From Felis catus (Eukaryota): 64,000 nucleotides of DNA. Positions 38,613 to 51,947 of this stretch are shown one piece after another. Under the pieces are notes generated by a model that ran no database searches, was not told the DNA's origin, and saw nothing but the letters and a program-made list of their open reading frames with translations. The stretch spans positions 15,068,001 through 15,132,000 of the forward strand of contig NC_058368.1 in the NCBI RefSeq assembly GCF_018350175.1. The letters are read 5' to 3'. Made by a program: the position numbers and the translations under genes. Position 1 is the stretch's first letter. Each line of letters opens with the position of its first letter.

Positions 38613-40210
38613 TAAAGTTACTTTAGAAGTTGACTGGTATATGTGGACTTGGAATCAGGTCTTTCTGGCTATGATCTGTCCTCTATTTCATAATGCCACT
38701 CATTTTGTAGTGGAAACAAAAAGACAAGGTTTGGAGGAAAGGAAAAAATATCGTGTGCATCAAAATGATAAGCTTGGTATCTCAAAGTTTGAACTAGTAT
38801 AAATTGTGTTGGTTGTGGCCCAGGAAAAACGAAAGATGACTTTTAATCCCATCCTTTCCATATTTAAAAATGTGCAAAGACACCTATGTTTACCTAATTA
38901 AATTCCCATTCCTCAGTGTGGCATTAGGGCCCATGTTACCTCACCAATATGGCTTTCTAGATTCAGCTTTTAATCAAGTTGACTAGATTTGTTTCTATTC
39001 CCTGACAGTGTCCTTGGATTTCCCCCAACAGTGTGCAGTGTAGGAACTCCACAATCAGACTGAGTAACCACATTCTCTGGAACTGCAGGGTCAATGGGAT
39101 CAATCACTTGAAGGCTTAAGACATCCTGAACTACTTCTAAAGGACAGTATTGGCCAGCAAACATCTGTGAGCACAGGTCATTGACTTGGGAACTCCCCTG
39201 GGTATTTCCCCTGATCCTTCCCAGCTGCTAATTCATCTATGCCTTGTTCTTTGATTCTGACCTCAGCCTAAAAACTTTACTTGCCCTGTGATCCCTGTGT
39301 CAAAGAGGGTAGGACCTCTCCTGCTCACATGCCTCCTTCTTGCCTCTGGCTCAGTTCTCCTAACCAGCAAGTTCAGTTCTGACAACCACATTCCCTGAGC
39401 ATTCTTTGTCCTGGCTTTCTCTCCCACACTACCGTCTGACTCACATTCTCCTTTTGTGGGTAATCTGGGGAGACAGAAAAATTCTCAAAGAATTCCTAAT
39501 TCCACTTTATACCTCTGTTCAACAAGTAGAACTCTGTTTCAGTAGAATGTTAAGGCAGAGGTTGTTTTACTAGACTTCATATCCTGGTATCTAGTATATA
39601 GAAGGTGATCAATAAATACATGTTTTCCCCCAATGAAGTAGGAACTATTGCTAGTAGGCAGTGATAAAGGTCAGAAAATAACAACTTCTAGTGATGTCCT
39701 GCAATCAATTGCACTAAGATGTGACAATTTTCTCATCATCCAATATACCAATATATTTTCAAAACTAGGAGTTAGTTCTACCAAATTAAAATGATGTATA
39801 TTTGCCTTATTAACCATAAGTCTTTGCAAGGTAATGTGGAGCTATACCAAAGTGACACTATAATTCTGCATGAGGGGGCTCTGTCACACTGATTTCAGAG
39901 CGAGGCCAGCCACACTGGTTAATTTGGAGGGCATCCTCCCGGTGCAACAAAACAGCAGAACCATTAGAAGCAGCCTGGGGTTATTGATTAGGCCTCTACT
40001 ACCTGAGCCTATCACATAGTTACAAAATAACTATTTTTTCTTTGGTCACAATGACTACCAAGTCAAAGTCATGAGGAATTTCTACACAAACAATCCAGAC
40101 AGTCTTAAAGGAGAGAAGTTTCTTATATGTGAAGGTGGAGGACAAGGTGAAGGAAAAAAGAATGTAGTTCACACTTTCCTTGTAAATACTTAGATGTATA
40201 GTAATGATTT

Positions 40211-40443
40211 TTTTTTATTTTTTTTTTCAATTTTTTTTTTCAACATTTATTTATTTTTGGGACAGAGAGAGACACAGCATGAACGGGGGAGGGGCAGAGA
40301 AAGAGGGAGACACAGAATCGGAAACAGGCTCCAGGCTCTGAGCCATCAGCCCAGAGCCTGACGCGGGGCTCGAACTCCTGGACCGCGAGATCGTGACCTG
40401 GCTGAAGTTGGACGCTTAACCGACTGCGCCACCCAGGCGCCCC
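40211..40443 (-). mobile_element. Young felid SINEC_Fc-type element
   Basis: Perfect TSD tatagtaatgattt (40197-40210 / 40444-40457). Confidence 0.95.
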
Positions 40444-42872
40444 TATAGTAATGATTTAAAAGTCAGCTAGTGTAATTTTTTTTATTATGGAAAATTTCAT
40501 ACACATCCAAGTGTAGATATATTATGGATATACAATATAAAGTATATGAATGTGTATATACCTATGATCCCACCTAACACATACTGCCAATAATTTTGAA
40601 ATCTTTTTTATGTGCCTCTCCCATTTCCATTCTCTTTTCTCTCTCCCAAGATATAAAGACTACTTACTTATTGATTTTTTTAACTACTAAAACCTAAATG
40701 GGTTGTGCCCTGAGAAAGAAATAAACCTTTGTGTTAAGCCTCTGAAGTTTGAAATTGTTTCTTGTAGTCATAATTCAGAATAATTTGAATTTAGGTGCTG
40801 CATTAACAAAATAGTAAAATAAAACAAGTCTTGTGGCATTAACTTAGCAGATCTTCAGGGGAGGCAGGGAAACAAGCATGAAAGAGAAGGCCTGGACATC
40901 CCTGTTACATCCCAGAGGTCCAAGTGGTTACCAAACCTATAAGTCAAGGAAAAGATATTCAAAAAAATCTACTACTACCAATTTGTGATGGATGTTACTG
41001 ACTGCCTTTGACAGGACAGAAGAAAAGATTAGCTTGGGATATTATTAGCCAGTTTGCAAGGAGAAATGAAAAGGAATAGAAAGAATCTGAGGGAGAATCT
41101 AGAAATCTGGGGCATTAGAGGGTTGGAAAGACCAATACCTTTAGACCCCAAAAAGCAAGAGATAAGACTGAGAAGCATTTTGACCAACAGGAGCCACTAA
41201 GACAGCCTTATGGCAAAGATCAGATTATGAGTATTAGATTTACACCCTAACCTATTATTTCAAATAGCTGCAAGGTAGCTGCCTTCAGGTACAGAGAGAA
41301 ATAGGCCAAAGAAACAAATTATGCTCTGAAATTTATCATTATTATACATGGAATTGACTACTACTTGGATGGAGTTATATTATCCAAGAAACCATAAACT
41401 TTGACCAAAAGCCTTTAACTATTTGAACTGTGAAGTTATGTCAGGGCACCCAGGCTGGTTTGTTCAAAAAATGCACACTAGAAGCTGTGCATCCCCAAAG
41501 GCAAGCCTAACTTATAACACCCACTTCAACTATGGGCAAGAAGACTGAAAAGAAAGAAACTCCCATGGAGTAGTGCCAGAGGTCACCGAGAAAAATGGAT
41601 AAGAATATTCCTTCCTAGAAGCAAAATCAGAGCCTGATCAAGGAACATCCTCCATTTGCAGAGAAGAGGGCTTTCACCATGTCTACCTAATGGGATTCCA
41701 TGAGTGCTATGGACCAGTGATGCTGTGCATTCTTCCTTTTCTAAGTAAAAGTGATTAAGGGTATCCTACCCCTCTCACGCATTAGTTGGTGCATTCCAAC
41801 AATGTTTGGGTACAGCCTGTGTTTGGCTATCATTCTGTACAGCATTTGCACGAGGCTTAAAAGAACAGTATCCTAGAAAGTCATTGCTGGAAAAGCAAGA
41901 GATTCTGTTTAGAAAAAAAAAAAAATCTAGTTATGTTCAGCAAACTGGAAAATATGCTGAGTTGGAACCAATTTAAAAATCTCAACTGACATTCTAGAAT
42001 TTGACTCAATGATGCAGGCAGGCCAGGGGCCATCACTATCAAGAATCGTTGAATTTATCTCTATGTAGTTTTGAAGAAAGATATCATTAATCTACTGAAA
42101 AGAAAAAAAAATCCAAATACCTGTAAGCCTTACTAAAAACATTGTTTGGTACTATATTAGTGAGCATCAGTTAACTGCTTCAGCAACTAAAACACAAATC
42201 TCAGTGACAACACATGTGCACATATACATACTCACAAGAGGATTTACTTTTCACATACACCACGATCAAATGAGGGTCACAAGGTGAAATCAATGGATTT
42301 GCTATGCGCAATAATTCAGGCACCTATGTTTCTTCCATCTGTGGCTCTACCATCCTCTGGAGCCGTGGCATTTACTTCTAGACCCTCAACATCCACTCAT
42401 CACACAAAATTTTCAAAGAGCACAACCAAGAATGATCACCTGGGAGGTTTTCATGGGCCAGTCACAGAAATGACATATACAGCTTAGATTATAGTGTCCT
42501 GAAGTCAGTCACAGGGCCACACCTAGCTACACATAGTGTTTCACAACTGTATCTCTAAACACATCACTCATTACTAAATAGTGTTTTTCACGCATACATC
42601 ATTAAAAAAAAAAAAAAAGTAGCGTATATACCAGGCACTGGTAAACAATGTGTTTCACACATGGAAAATGTGGCCTAATTCTGTCTCATTAGAAAAAAGG
42701 CAACAGTCTGGTAAGCACATAGCAGTCTTCACCATAATCCATCAATTTTATCACCAAATATCCTTTTGTTCCTTTCTTCCCAGGATATACTTACCTTCCC
42801 ACCAAGAAACACAAGACAAAGCCCTGTCCAGTCATTTTATCCAGTATAAATTTTAGTTTAAAATTAAGGTGA

Positions 42873-43084
42873 GGGGCGCCTGGGTGGCGCAGTCGGTTAA
42901 GCGTCCGACTTCAGCCAGGTCACGATCTCGCGGTCCGTGAGTTCGAGCCCCGCGTCGGGCTCTGGGCTGATGGCTCAGAGCCTGGAGCCTGTTTCCGATT
43001 CTGTGTCTCCCTCTCTCTCTGCCCCTCCCCCGTTCATGCTCTGTCTCTCTCTGTCCCAAAAATAAATAAACGTTGAAAAAAAAA
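42873..43084 (+). mobile_element. Young felid SINEC_Fc-type element
   Basis: CpGs intact; perfect TSD tttaaaattaaggtga (42857-42872 / 43085-43100). Confidence 0.96.
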
Positions 43085-43224
43085 TTTAAAATTAAGGTGA
43101 GAAAAATTTATTTAGGTGATAACATTAAACAAATTGTTATAGACTAAGTAAGATGAGTTTTTATACTGGATTTAAAAATATTTTCCATGTTTTGATGCTC
43201 TAAGTTTAAAGGGATGGGTCCTTT

Positions 43225-44050
43225 ACTTCTGGCCTTTATGGAGTATCAAGGGCAAGATTTACCCTCTTGCTGTGAACAAATTAAAAACTGGACAAAATGG
43301 GGCACATGGGTGGCTCAGTTGGTTAAGCATCTGAGTCTTTTGGCTCAGGTCATGATTTCACAAAATTAAAAACGAGTCAGACCAATGGAAGGTAATTAAA
43401 TGGTTATAGATTTTTGCTCATACAACTGCAACAAGTTTTCAATAAAACATTTGAGTGTATAAAAAAAAACAGTCCAACATCTAATGAGAAATTAGTAGGT
43501 ATGACAAGACACAGAAAATGAGACCCAAAACCATGAGTAAAATCAGCCCCTAGAAACAGACCTAGAAATGACAGAGATAAAGATAAAGGAATTAACAAAT
43601 AAATATGTTAAAATAGCTATTATAACTATATTTGACTAAAGAGAAACATAAATACATCAAGGTAAATAAAGGATATAAAAAAAGAAAAAACAAATGGCAC
43701 AATATCAAGTGTCCTACCACAGGTCGTAATTAAGTCCTGAAAGGAGAGAAAAGGGACAGAAAAACAACTTGAAAAATAACCAAAAATCTTCCAGATTGAT
43801 GAAAACTCAAAATCTACAGATCAAAGAAGCTCAGTGAACCCCATGCATGATAAACATAACACCACACTAAGACTCATTATAAGCAATTCCTGAAAACCAA
43901 TGGTAGAAACTCTTAAATAAGCCTATTATAAAAACCACATTATGTACAAAGGAACAAAGAAAAACCACACACTTCTTATCAGAAACTGTGGGTGCAATCA
44001 CACAAAAGAATGGAATTTTTAATGTGTTGAAAGACTAATACCATCAACCT
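43225..44050 (+). mobile_element. Old L1M 5'/ORF1-region remnant with a SINE fragment (43299-43360)
   Basis: atctacagatcaaagaagctcagtgaacccc; cttcttatcagaaac. Confidence 0.55.
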
Positions 44051-44166
44051 AACTTGTTTCCTTCTATTCCAGAAGATTCCTCCTGTCCCTCTCCTCCAGA
44101 CCCTGGAATCATCATTTTGGGGCCCAATCTTTCCCTGTAGACTTGACCATTAATTGGTACATACCA

Positions 44167-44390
44167 GGGGTGCCTGGGTGGCGCAGTCGGTTAAGCGGCC
44201 GACTTCAGCCAGGTCACGATCTCGCGGTCCGGGAGTTCGAGCCCCGCGTCAGGCTCTGGGCTGATGGCTCGGAGCCTGGAGCCTGTTTCTGATTCTGTGT
44301 CTCCCTCTCTCTCTGACCCTCCCCCGTTCATGCTCTGTCTCTCTCTGTCCGAAAAATAAATAAACGTTGAGAAAAAAATTAAAAAAAAAA
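44167..44390 (+). mobile_element. Young felid SINEC_Fc-type element
   Basis: CpG-intact head; catacca repeated at both flanks. Confidence 0.93.
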
Positions 44391-46104
44391 ATTTGTGCAT
44401 ACCAGTGAAATTATCTTTCAAAAAGGAAGGTTTTTGCTCCAATTCCTTTAACATTATATAGACAAATTACTTTAGTGCTGTGAGCTACTTTCAAGACTTT
44501 CTTAACTATTTACACACTGGTAAGTCAATATGCATTATCTCAATACCTTGTGATGTTCTGTGATTTCTATAAACTTATTTTTATTACACGAAGATATCAG
44601 AACTGTTGCAATAAAAGGGTTTATACCCCCCTTCTGTCCCACACACACATAAGGTACCTTTGAAATCAATTATTTCTATTTTTATTCTACAAAGTAAAAG
44701 CTTGACAGGAAGGTAAGCAAACTTCCCTTAAGTTAGCGTGTTAAAATAGGTTCCCTTGTACTCCACATGTCTCTGCCTCTGCCTTCCCCCTTTTGCTAGA
44801 TCACCATTTGGAGCCTAGCTCACGTTCCTCTGTAGAGTTGGATGGTAAATTTGTATAACAGAAACACATCTTTCGGCATCAGTAGACTAAAGTCCCCTTT
44901 TTGTAGCCTCTTCTGTAGATATGTTTAAATAGTTAAAATCATATTGCATGTATGACTTTGTACCATTGCGTTAACATCCTAACATTGTCACCCCATGATA
45001 TTATAAATGGTTTTGCAAACATTCATTAAAGTTAAACAAAATGTATTAAGTACCTGTCATATACTAGGTACTAAGCTAGCTGGTGACAAATGATGAATAA
45101 AATTGTCCATTTTAAAGTGCTGGAGATAAATGACACTGAAGTGCTTCAAATGCAGGAAATACATGAGGAGGAATAATTTCAATATAAAACAGAAAGTGCT
45201 AATTGCAGCATAATAACCATGCGGATGAATCGCAATCCACTTATGCATATAATTGTACATTGAGAAAGCCTCCCTATTTTGGTATTAATAATGCTGATAA
45301 TACGGCTGTCCTTCTGTGTTTTCTATATGCATGATTTTTCATTAGAATAGATTAGAAATACAATTATTGAGTCAATGTATAAACATTAAGGCTTTTCAAG
45401 AATATAATCAAATTGTTTTCCAAAAGAACTGTATTAATTCATACCCCCACCAGCAGTATACTAGAACTTTTAAACTTCAGATGTATTAGCATTAAAAATT
45501 ATCTTTTTGAAAACCACTGTTCATTATTTTTTAGATGAAAAATGGTATGTTTTCGGTTTACATTTAACAAATGGCCATTAATAATATTACCCCTGATTTT
45601 GTTAGTTGTGGCTACTGGTAAAGCAATAATGTTTTTGAAAGTCCATATTTACAGTCTACATGATACAATTATATTTTAGGAAGTGTTTTTTTGTCTCTAG
45701 TGTCCTTATCTGATAAATGAGCAGGGGACTCACAGAAGGGATATTAGCAGTCATTGAATTCAATTTCCACCCACTGCAGGAATTCCTTCTATGATATCCC
45801 TGACAAAGGGTCACCTAGCCTTGAACATGTCCAATTAATGATAAACTCACTGTTGGCTGATTCCCCAGATAATAAGATTTTTCCTGTAACTTAGATAGTA
45901 CTATGAAATTGCTTTGATAAAGTTAAAAGGATGTTCTATAAATTCAAAATTTGTCTAATTCATAAATCAGGTTAATCTGTTAACTTGTTTTTAAAATAGC
46001 ACCCTACTATCACAATGATATGACCTTACATTCAAATGGTGCTTTATTATTTTAAAAATACTTTTTCATACATTAATCATGTTTAGTGACTTTAACAGCA
46101 GTTT

Positions 46105-46322
46105 GTTTTTGTTTTTATTTTAGAGAAAAGAGAGAGAGCAAGCTGGGGTGGGGTCGGGGGAGAGAGAGAGAGAGAGAGAGATAGAGAGAGAGAGAGAATC
46201 CCAAGCAGGCTCCATGTTCAGTACGGAGCCTGACATGGGGCTCGATCCCATGACCCTGGGATCATGACCTGAGCTGAAATCAAAAATCAGACACTCGACT
46301 TACTGAGCCACCCAGGCACCCC
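46105..46322 (-). mobile_element. Older Can-SINE with (GA)n
   Basis: TSD ttaa(c/t)agcagttt. Confidence 0.88.
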
Positions 46323-46437
46323 TTAATAGCAGTTTTAGTATTCCGGTATACTCTGCTCTTTTAAAATACCAAAACCCTTAGCATCACTGTTGTCATAATT
46401 CTGTTATTCTGGTATTTTTTTTAATCTAAATTATTTA

Positions 46438-46645
46438 GGGGTGCCTGGGTGGCCCAGTCAGTTAAGCATCTGACTTCAGCTCAGGTCATGATCTCGCAGT
46501 TCGTGAGTTAGAGTCCTGCATCAGCCTCTGTGCTGACAGCTCAGAGCCTGGAGCCTGCTTCAGATACTGTGTCTTCCTCTTTCTCTGCCCCTCCCCTGCT
46601 TGCACTCTCTCTCTCTCAAAAATAAATAAACATTAAATGTGTTTT
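46438..46645 (+). mobile_element. Can-SINE
   Basis: TSD ttaatctaaattattta. Confidence 0.9.
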
Positions 46646-47017
46646 TTTAATCTAAATTATTTACATCTTGGAATAAATAACTCAAGTACTCAATTTATGA
46701 AAAAAAGACACATAATATATGGTCTGTAAGTCTAGACATGTCCTTACTTGTATACATAGCAAAAAAAAATCAAGTGTTTTTAATAAGCTTCTGTTGCAAG
46801 AATAGTTTTTAGTCCAAAATAAAGAATTTCTTGTCCACTGAATACAGATATCACAGTACTAAAATTGATATAGATAAGTCTGCTTTGGAATGTCTAGCTG
46901 CACATGATAGAAGTAATGAAGATGATGAAAACTAGAAATACCTTCTTTGAACAAAACTATATAGCTCTTTATAAATTAAAAAAAATCTTAGTCAAAAATC
47001 AAAAGATGTTTCATAAA

Positions 47018-48459
47018 AATTAAATGCCAACAAACTGGACAACCTGGAAGAAATTGGCAAATTCCTAAGCATCCACACATTTCCAAAACTCAATCAGGAG
47101 GAAATAGAAAGCTTGAACAGACCCATAACCAGCGAAGAAATTGAATCAGTTATCAAAAATCTCCCAACAAATAAGAGTCCAGGACCAGATGCTTCCCTGG
47201 GGGATTCTACCAGACATTTAAAGCAGAGATAATACCTATCCTTCTCAAGCTGTTCCAAAAAATAGAAAGGGAAGGAAAACTTCCAGACTTATTCTATGAA
47301 GCCAGCATTACTTTGATTCCCAAACCAGACAGAGACCCAGCAAAAAAAAAAAAAAAGAATTACAGGCCAATATCCCTGATGAATATGGATGCAAAAATTC
47401 TCAATAAGATACTAGCAAATCGAATTCAACAGCATATAAAAAGAATTATTCACCATGATCAAGTGGGATTCATTCCTGGGCTGCAGGGCTGGTTCAACAT
47501 TCACAAATCAATTAATGTGATACATCACATTAATAAAAGAAAAGATAAGAACCATATGATCCTGTCGATGCAGAAAAAGCATTTAACAAAATTCAGCATT
47601 CTTTCTTAATAAAAACCCTCGAGAAAGTCGGGATAGAAGGAACATAGTTAAACATCATAAAAGTCATTTATGAAAAGCCCACAGCTAAGATCATCCTCAA
47701 TGGGGAAAAACTGAGAGTTTTCCCCCTGAGATCAGGAACACAACAGGGATGTCCACTCTCACTGCTGTTGTGTAACATAGTGTTGGAAGTTCTAGCATCA
47801 CCAATCAGACAACAAAAGGAAATCAAGGGCATCAAAATTGGCAAAAATGAAGTCAAATTTTCACTTTTTCCAGACCAAAAGTCTGCTAGAACGGATGCAT
47901 GAATTCAGCAAAGTCACAGGGTACAAAATTAATGTACAGAAATCAGTTGCATTCTTATACACTAATAATGAAGCAACAGAAAGACAAATAAAGAAACTGA
48001 TCCCATTCACAATTGCATCAAGAATCATAAAATACCTAGGAATAAACCTAACCAAAGATGTAAAAGATCTGTATGCTGAAAACTATAGAAAGCTTATGAA
48101 GGAAATTGAAGAAGATATAAAGAAATGGAAAAACATTCCATGCTCATGGATTGGAAGAATAAATATTGTCAAAATGTCAATACTATCCAAAGCTATCTAC
48201 ACATTCAATGCAATCCCAATCAAAATTGCACGAGCATTCTTCTCGAAACTAGAACAAGCAATCCTAAAATTCATATGGAACCACAAAAGGCCCTGAACAG
48301 CCAAAGTAATTTTGAAGAAGAAGACCAAAGCAGGAGGGAGGGGAAAGTGGGTGATGGGCATTGAGGAGGGCACCTGTTGGGATGAGCACTGGGTGTTGTA
48401 TAGAAACCAATTTGACAATAAATTTCATAAAGTAAATAAATAAACATACAGATTCCTTT
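47018..48459 (+). mobile_element. Felid L1, 5'-truncated ORF2 RT region joined to the extreme 3' UTR; inactive
   Basis: ORF-track [28 protein letters not shown] and [14 protein letters not shown]; frameshifts; TSD aaaa(g/a)atgtttcataaa (47001-47017 / 48460-48476). Confidence 0.93.
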
Positions 48460-48759
48460 AAAAAATGTTTCATAAATATCTCCACAAGGTTATGAAGCAA
48501 GAGATGAGATTATTCAAAAGAAGTCAAGGAAATTTGGCAAGTAGCACTTAATCCTCATTATTCTTCTGACTAGTGTAGTATCTGAAAGAGTTTCTTAGTT
48601 GGAAAATTATGCTCAAAATTATGCTCTTGACTCAACAATAGCACCAAATGACGATCCATCTTAATTTTTAAGATCACATCTTCTGAGAACGATCAAATAA
48701 TACTTTATTAAAATTTATTTGCTAATTTATATTAACATATTAGCATGTTTAACATTTGT

Positions 48760-49425
48760 TTTTTAAAACAGCTTTATTGAGGTACAAGTCATATAACATG
48801 CAATTAACTCATCTAACTGGCTCAGTGTTTTTTAGTATATTCACAGAGTTGTGCAACCATCACCACAATTAATTTTGCAACATTTTCATCACCCCCAAAA
48901 GAAATCTTGTACACATTAGCAGTCATTCCCCATCACCCACCCTTCTTCCCCTAGCCCCACCAGCCTTTGGAAACTACTACTAACCTACTTTTTGTCTGCA
49001 TGAATTGCCTATTCTGGACTTTTCATATAAATGGAATTATACAATATATGACCTCTTGTGACTGGCTTTTCCCATTTAGAATGTTTTCAAGGTCCATCCA
49101 AATTGTAGTATATATCAGTACTTCTCATCAGTATTTCTTACTTATTTCTTCTTTCTTATTTCTTTCTGAATAATATCCCACTGTTTAGATACACTACATT
49201 TTGTTTATCCATTCATCAGTTGATGGACATTTTTTGGCTATTATGAATTATGGTGCTATAAATATTTGTATATACATTTTTATATAGATATAGGTTTTCA
49301 TTGCTCTGGGGTATATACCTAGGAGTGGAATTGCTGGATCATATAGTAACTCTGTTTCAAAATGGTTGTGCCATTTTACATCCCCACCAGCAGTTTATGA
49401 GGGTTCCAATTTTTCCACATCCTTG
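48760..49425 (-). mobile_element. Old L1MA/L1MB 3' end
   Basis: cagctttattgaggta...ttcacagagttgtgcaaccatcaccac...aggagtggaattgctggatc. Confidence 0.8.
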
Positions 49426-49692
49426 TTTTTACTCACCATCTGCCTTTTTCATAGCAAAATTTGTTTTCATAAATGATATTGATATTTTATAACACATTTA
49501 GATATTAAAATGTTGAAATATATTAAATATTGCTCACTGATATTTTGCTTTATGAATTCTAAACTCTTCAAAAAAACCCCAAACACTGATATTAATACAT
49601 ATTTCAGTATTAAACAAAGTTAAAATCCCAAGCTATCATTTTTGCACTCATTATTTCAATAAATAATTACATGTTCTTATAAAACTGCACTG

Positions 49693-49905
49693 CTTGGGTA
49701 GCTCAGTCGGTTAAGTGTCCCCCTCTTGATTCTGGCTCAGCTCATGATTTCATGGTCGTGAGATCAAGCCTCAAGTCTGTACAGCACGGAGGCTACCTGG
49801 GATTTTCTCTTTCCCTCTCCCTCTGTCCCTCCCCAGCTAACACGTGTGTGTGCGCACGCGCTCTCTTTTTCTCTGTCAAAAAAACAAACAAAACAAAACA
49901 AAACA
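49693..49905 (+). mobile_element. Can-SINE
   Basis: Diverged head, CT tract, (AAAAC)n tail. Confidence 0.8.
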
Positions 49906-50699
49906 GAACTTCACATGATACATTATCGTTAAAGCTTAGAATTAGGTAAAACTTTTTCTCTACTTGTATATTCCTTCTACAAAAAAAATGAGAGCTGTAT
50001 AATTCAGTCCTTCTTTGTGCTGATTGCTAGAAAGCTTAAAAGCTCAAGCTTTTCTTAGTTGGGAATTCTTACAAGAAATTAACTTTTTTTTCCTGTTATG
50101 ATCATTGTTTTTATACCTCTATATTTAGTAAAATCTAACATAATCTTTTTAGAAATAGGGCAAATAAACAAATAAATATGTAGTAAGTATCCCTGATCTG
50201 CACAGCAATTTATTCCCGTTCCATAAATGATGAAAATGAGACAATGAAAAGTGACTTACTCAAGGTCAGAAGCTTAGAAGTGGCAAAGCTGATATTAGAA
50301 CTTCGATCTTAGAGAGCCCCCATATCAGTTCTTTATGCTACGCCATCTCTCTGTTTAAGACAGACCTTTTCTGTCATTGGAAGTATCCCAAAGTAGTTCC
50401 TGCAGAAATAATACTTAAACATGACAGTGTCCCCGTAATAAGATGTTCAACTACCCATCCTAGTAATTGACATAAATTTAAATGTTCTTAAATCCAATCC
50501 CCACAATGGCTTGCTTTGTATGATAGAAATAAATTTATTTTTCAGTGACAATTCTGATTATAAATATCATTAATATTTAAATCATCAATTTGCTGCTAAT
50601 GCTAAGAAAGATTGTATAAGACTTAAAAATCTAATATTTGCTTAACAATATGGGTCACTATACCTGATATCTGTTGTTAGCTTAAGAATAGGAGAAATA

Positions 50700-50915
50700 G
50701 GGGTGCCTGGGTGGCTCAATCGGTTAAGTGTCCAACGTTGGCTCAGGTCATGATCTCATGGTCCATGAGTTTGGGTCCAGCGTCAGGCTCTGTGCAGACA
50801 GCTGACAGCCTGGAGCCTGTTTCAGATTCTATGTCTCCCTCTCTCTCTGCCCCTCCCTGGCTCATTCTCTGTCTCTTTCTGTCTCTGAAAAATGAATAAA
50901 CCTTAAAAAAAAAAA
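50700..50915 (+). mobile_element. Can-SINE
   Basis: TSD-like gaat(a/g)ggagaaata. Confidence 0.9.
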
Positions 50916-51732
50916 GGAATGGGAGAAATATTTCCAAACAGTTTCCATTTGGAATAATTTATAGAAAGTTACTGAATGTTTTTCTGCATTACTTTTTAAA
51001 GTCACATAAAAGAATTATTTGTCTATCTGAAATTTATGCATTGTTCCTTAAAGAAAGTGAATATCTATACAATTTATTATAGAAATGCATTTAGTATTCA
51101 TTACTGTTGATACTAAATAGAAGTTAGGTTTTAGTTCCAGATATAAGGTGGGAACACCATTTGCTGGAAAATATACTTAGTTAACTGTGAGTTATTTCTG
51201 GAAATATAAAGTCTAATAATTTTACTTATTAAGATGGGCAAATAAATCATAGGTATGTTCCAGACCTAGGTAACAATTATAAAACAACCTAAACATAAAT
51301 AGAAATTTTCAATAGATTATATAAATGCCTTAAATAAACCCTTCTCCTATCCTCTCTATCTCCACTTTTAGACTTGAAGATTGTGAATGCTTGCAATATT
51401 TGGTCTACAGAATTAGGCCATCACTGTGAATTAAGAAACATCATAAAATGATTTAAATTACTATGTGTTAAGTAGTAGGAGCTTGTAGTTAAGTAAGTAT
51501 TGGTTTTCTAGCAAAGTACAAGCCTTAGAAGTTATATCATTTGCCTCCATCATTTTACTGATATGGGAAATAAGGATGGGATGAAGGTAACTGCCCAAGA
51601 TCTAAGTTCATGGCAGGGTGGGAATTATAACCAAGCTGATGGCTGATTGAAGGTTATGTCCATAACACCACATTAGTTCAAATCAAAGTTTAAAATCCAT
51701 CTGATTTGTAGCTTTGTTTAAACCATAAGTTT

Positions 51733-51933
51733 TTATGTTTTGTGTTTTGTTTTTATTTTAGAGAGAGAGAGAGACAGCACAAGCAGGGGAGAGGGGCAGA
51801 GGGAGAAAGAGAGAATCCCAAGCAGGCTCTATGCTCGGCATGGAGCCTAACAAGGGCTTGATCCTACCATTCTAGGATTATGACCTGAGTTGAAATCAAG
51901 AGTTGGACACCCAACTAAGCCACCCAGGTGCCC
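51733..51933 (-). mobile_element. Older Can-SINE
   Basis: TSD taa(a/g)ccataagttt. Confidence 0.88.
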
Positions 51934-51947
51934 TAAGCCATAAGTTT

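Noticed and set aside
47313..48296. Reverse-transcriptase-like ORFs as a functional or domesticated gene
   Set aside because: Frameshifted L1 ORF2 fragments lacking the catalytic loop.
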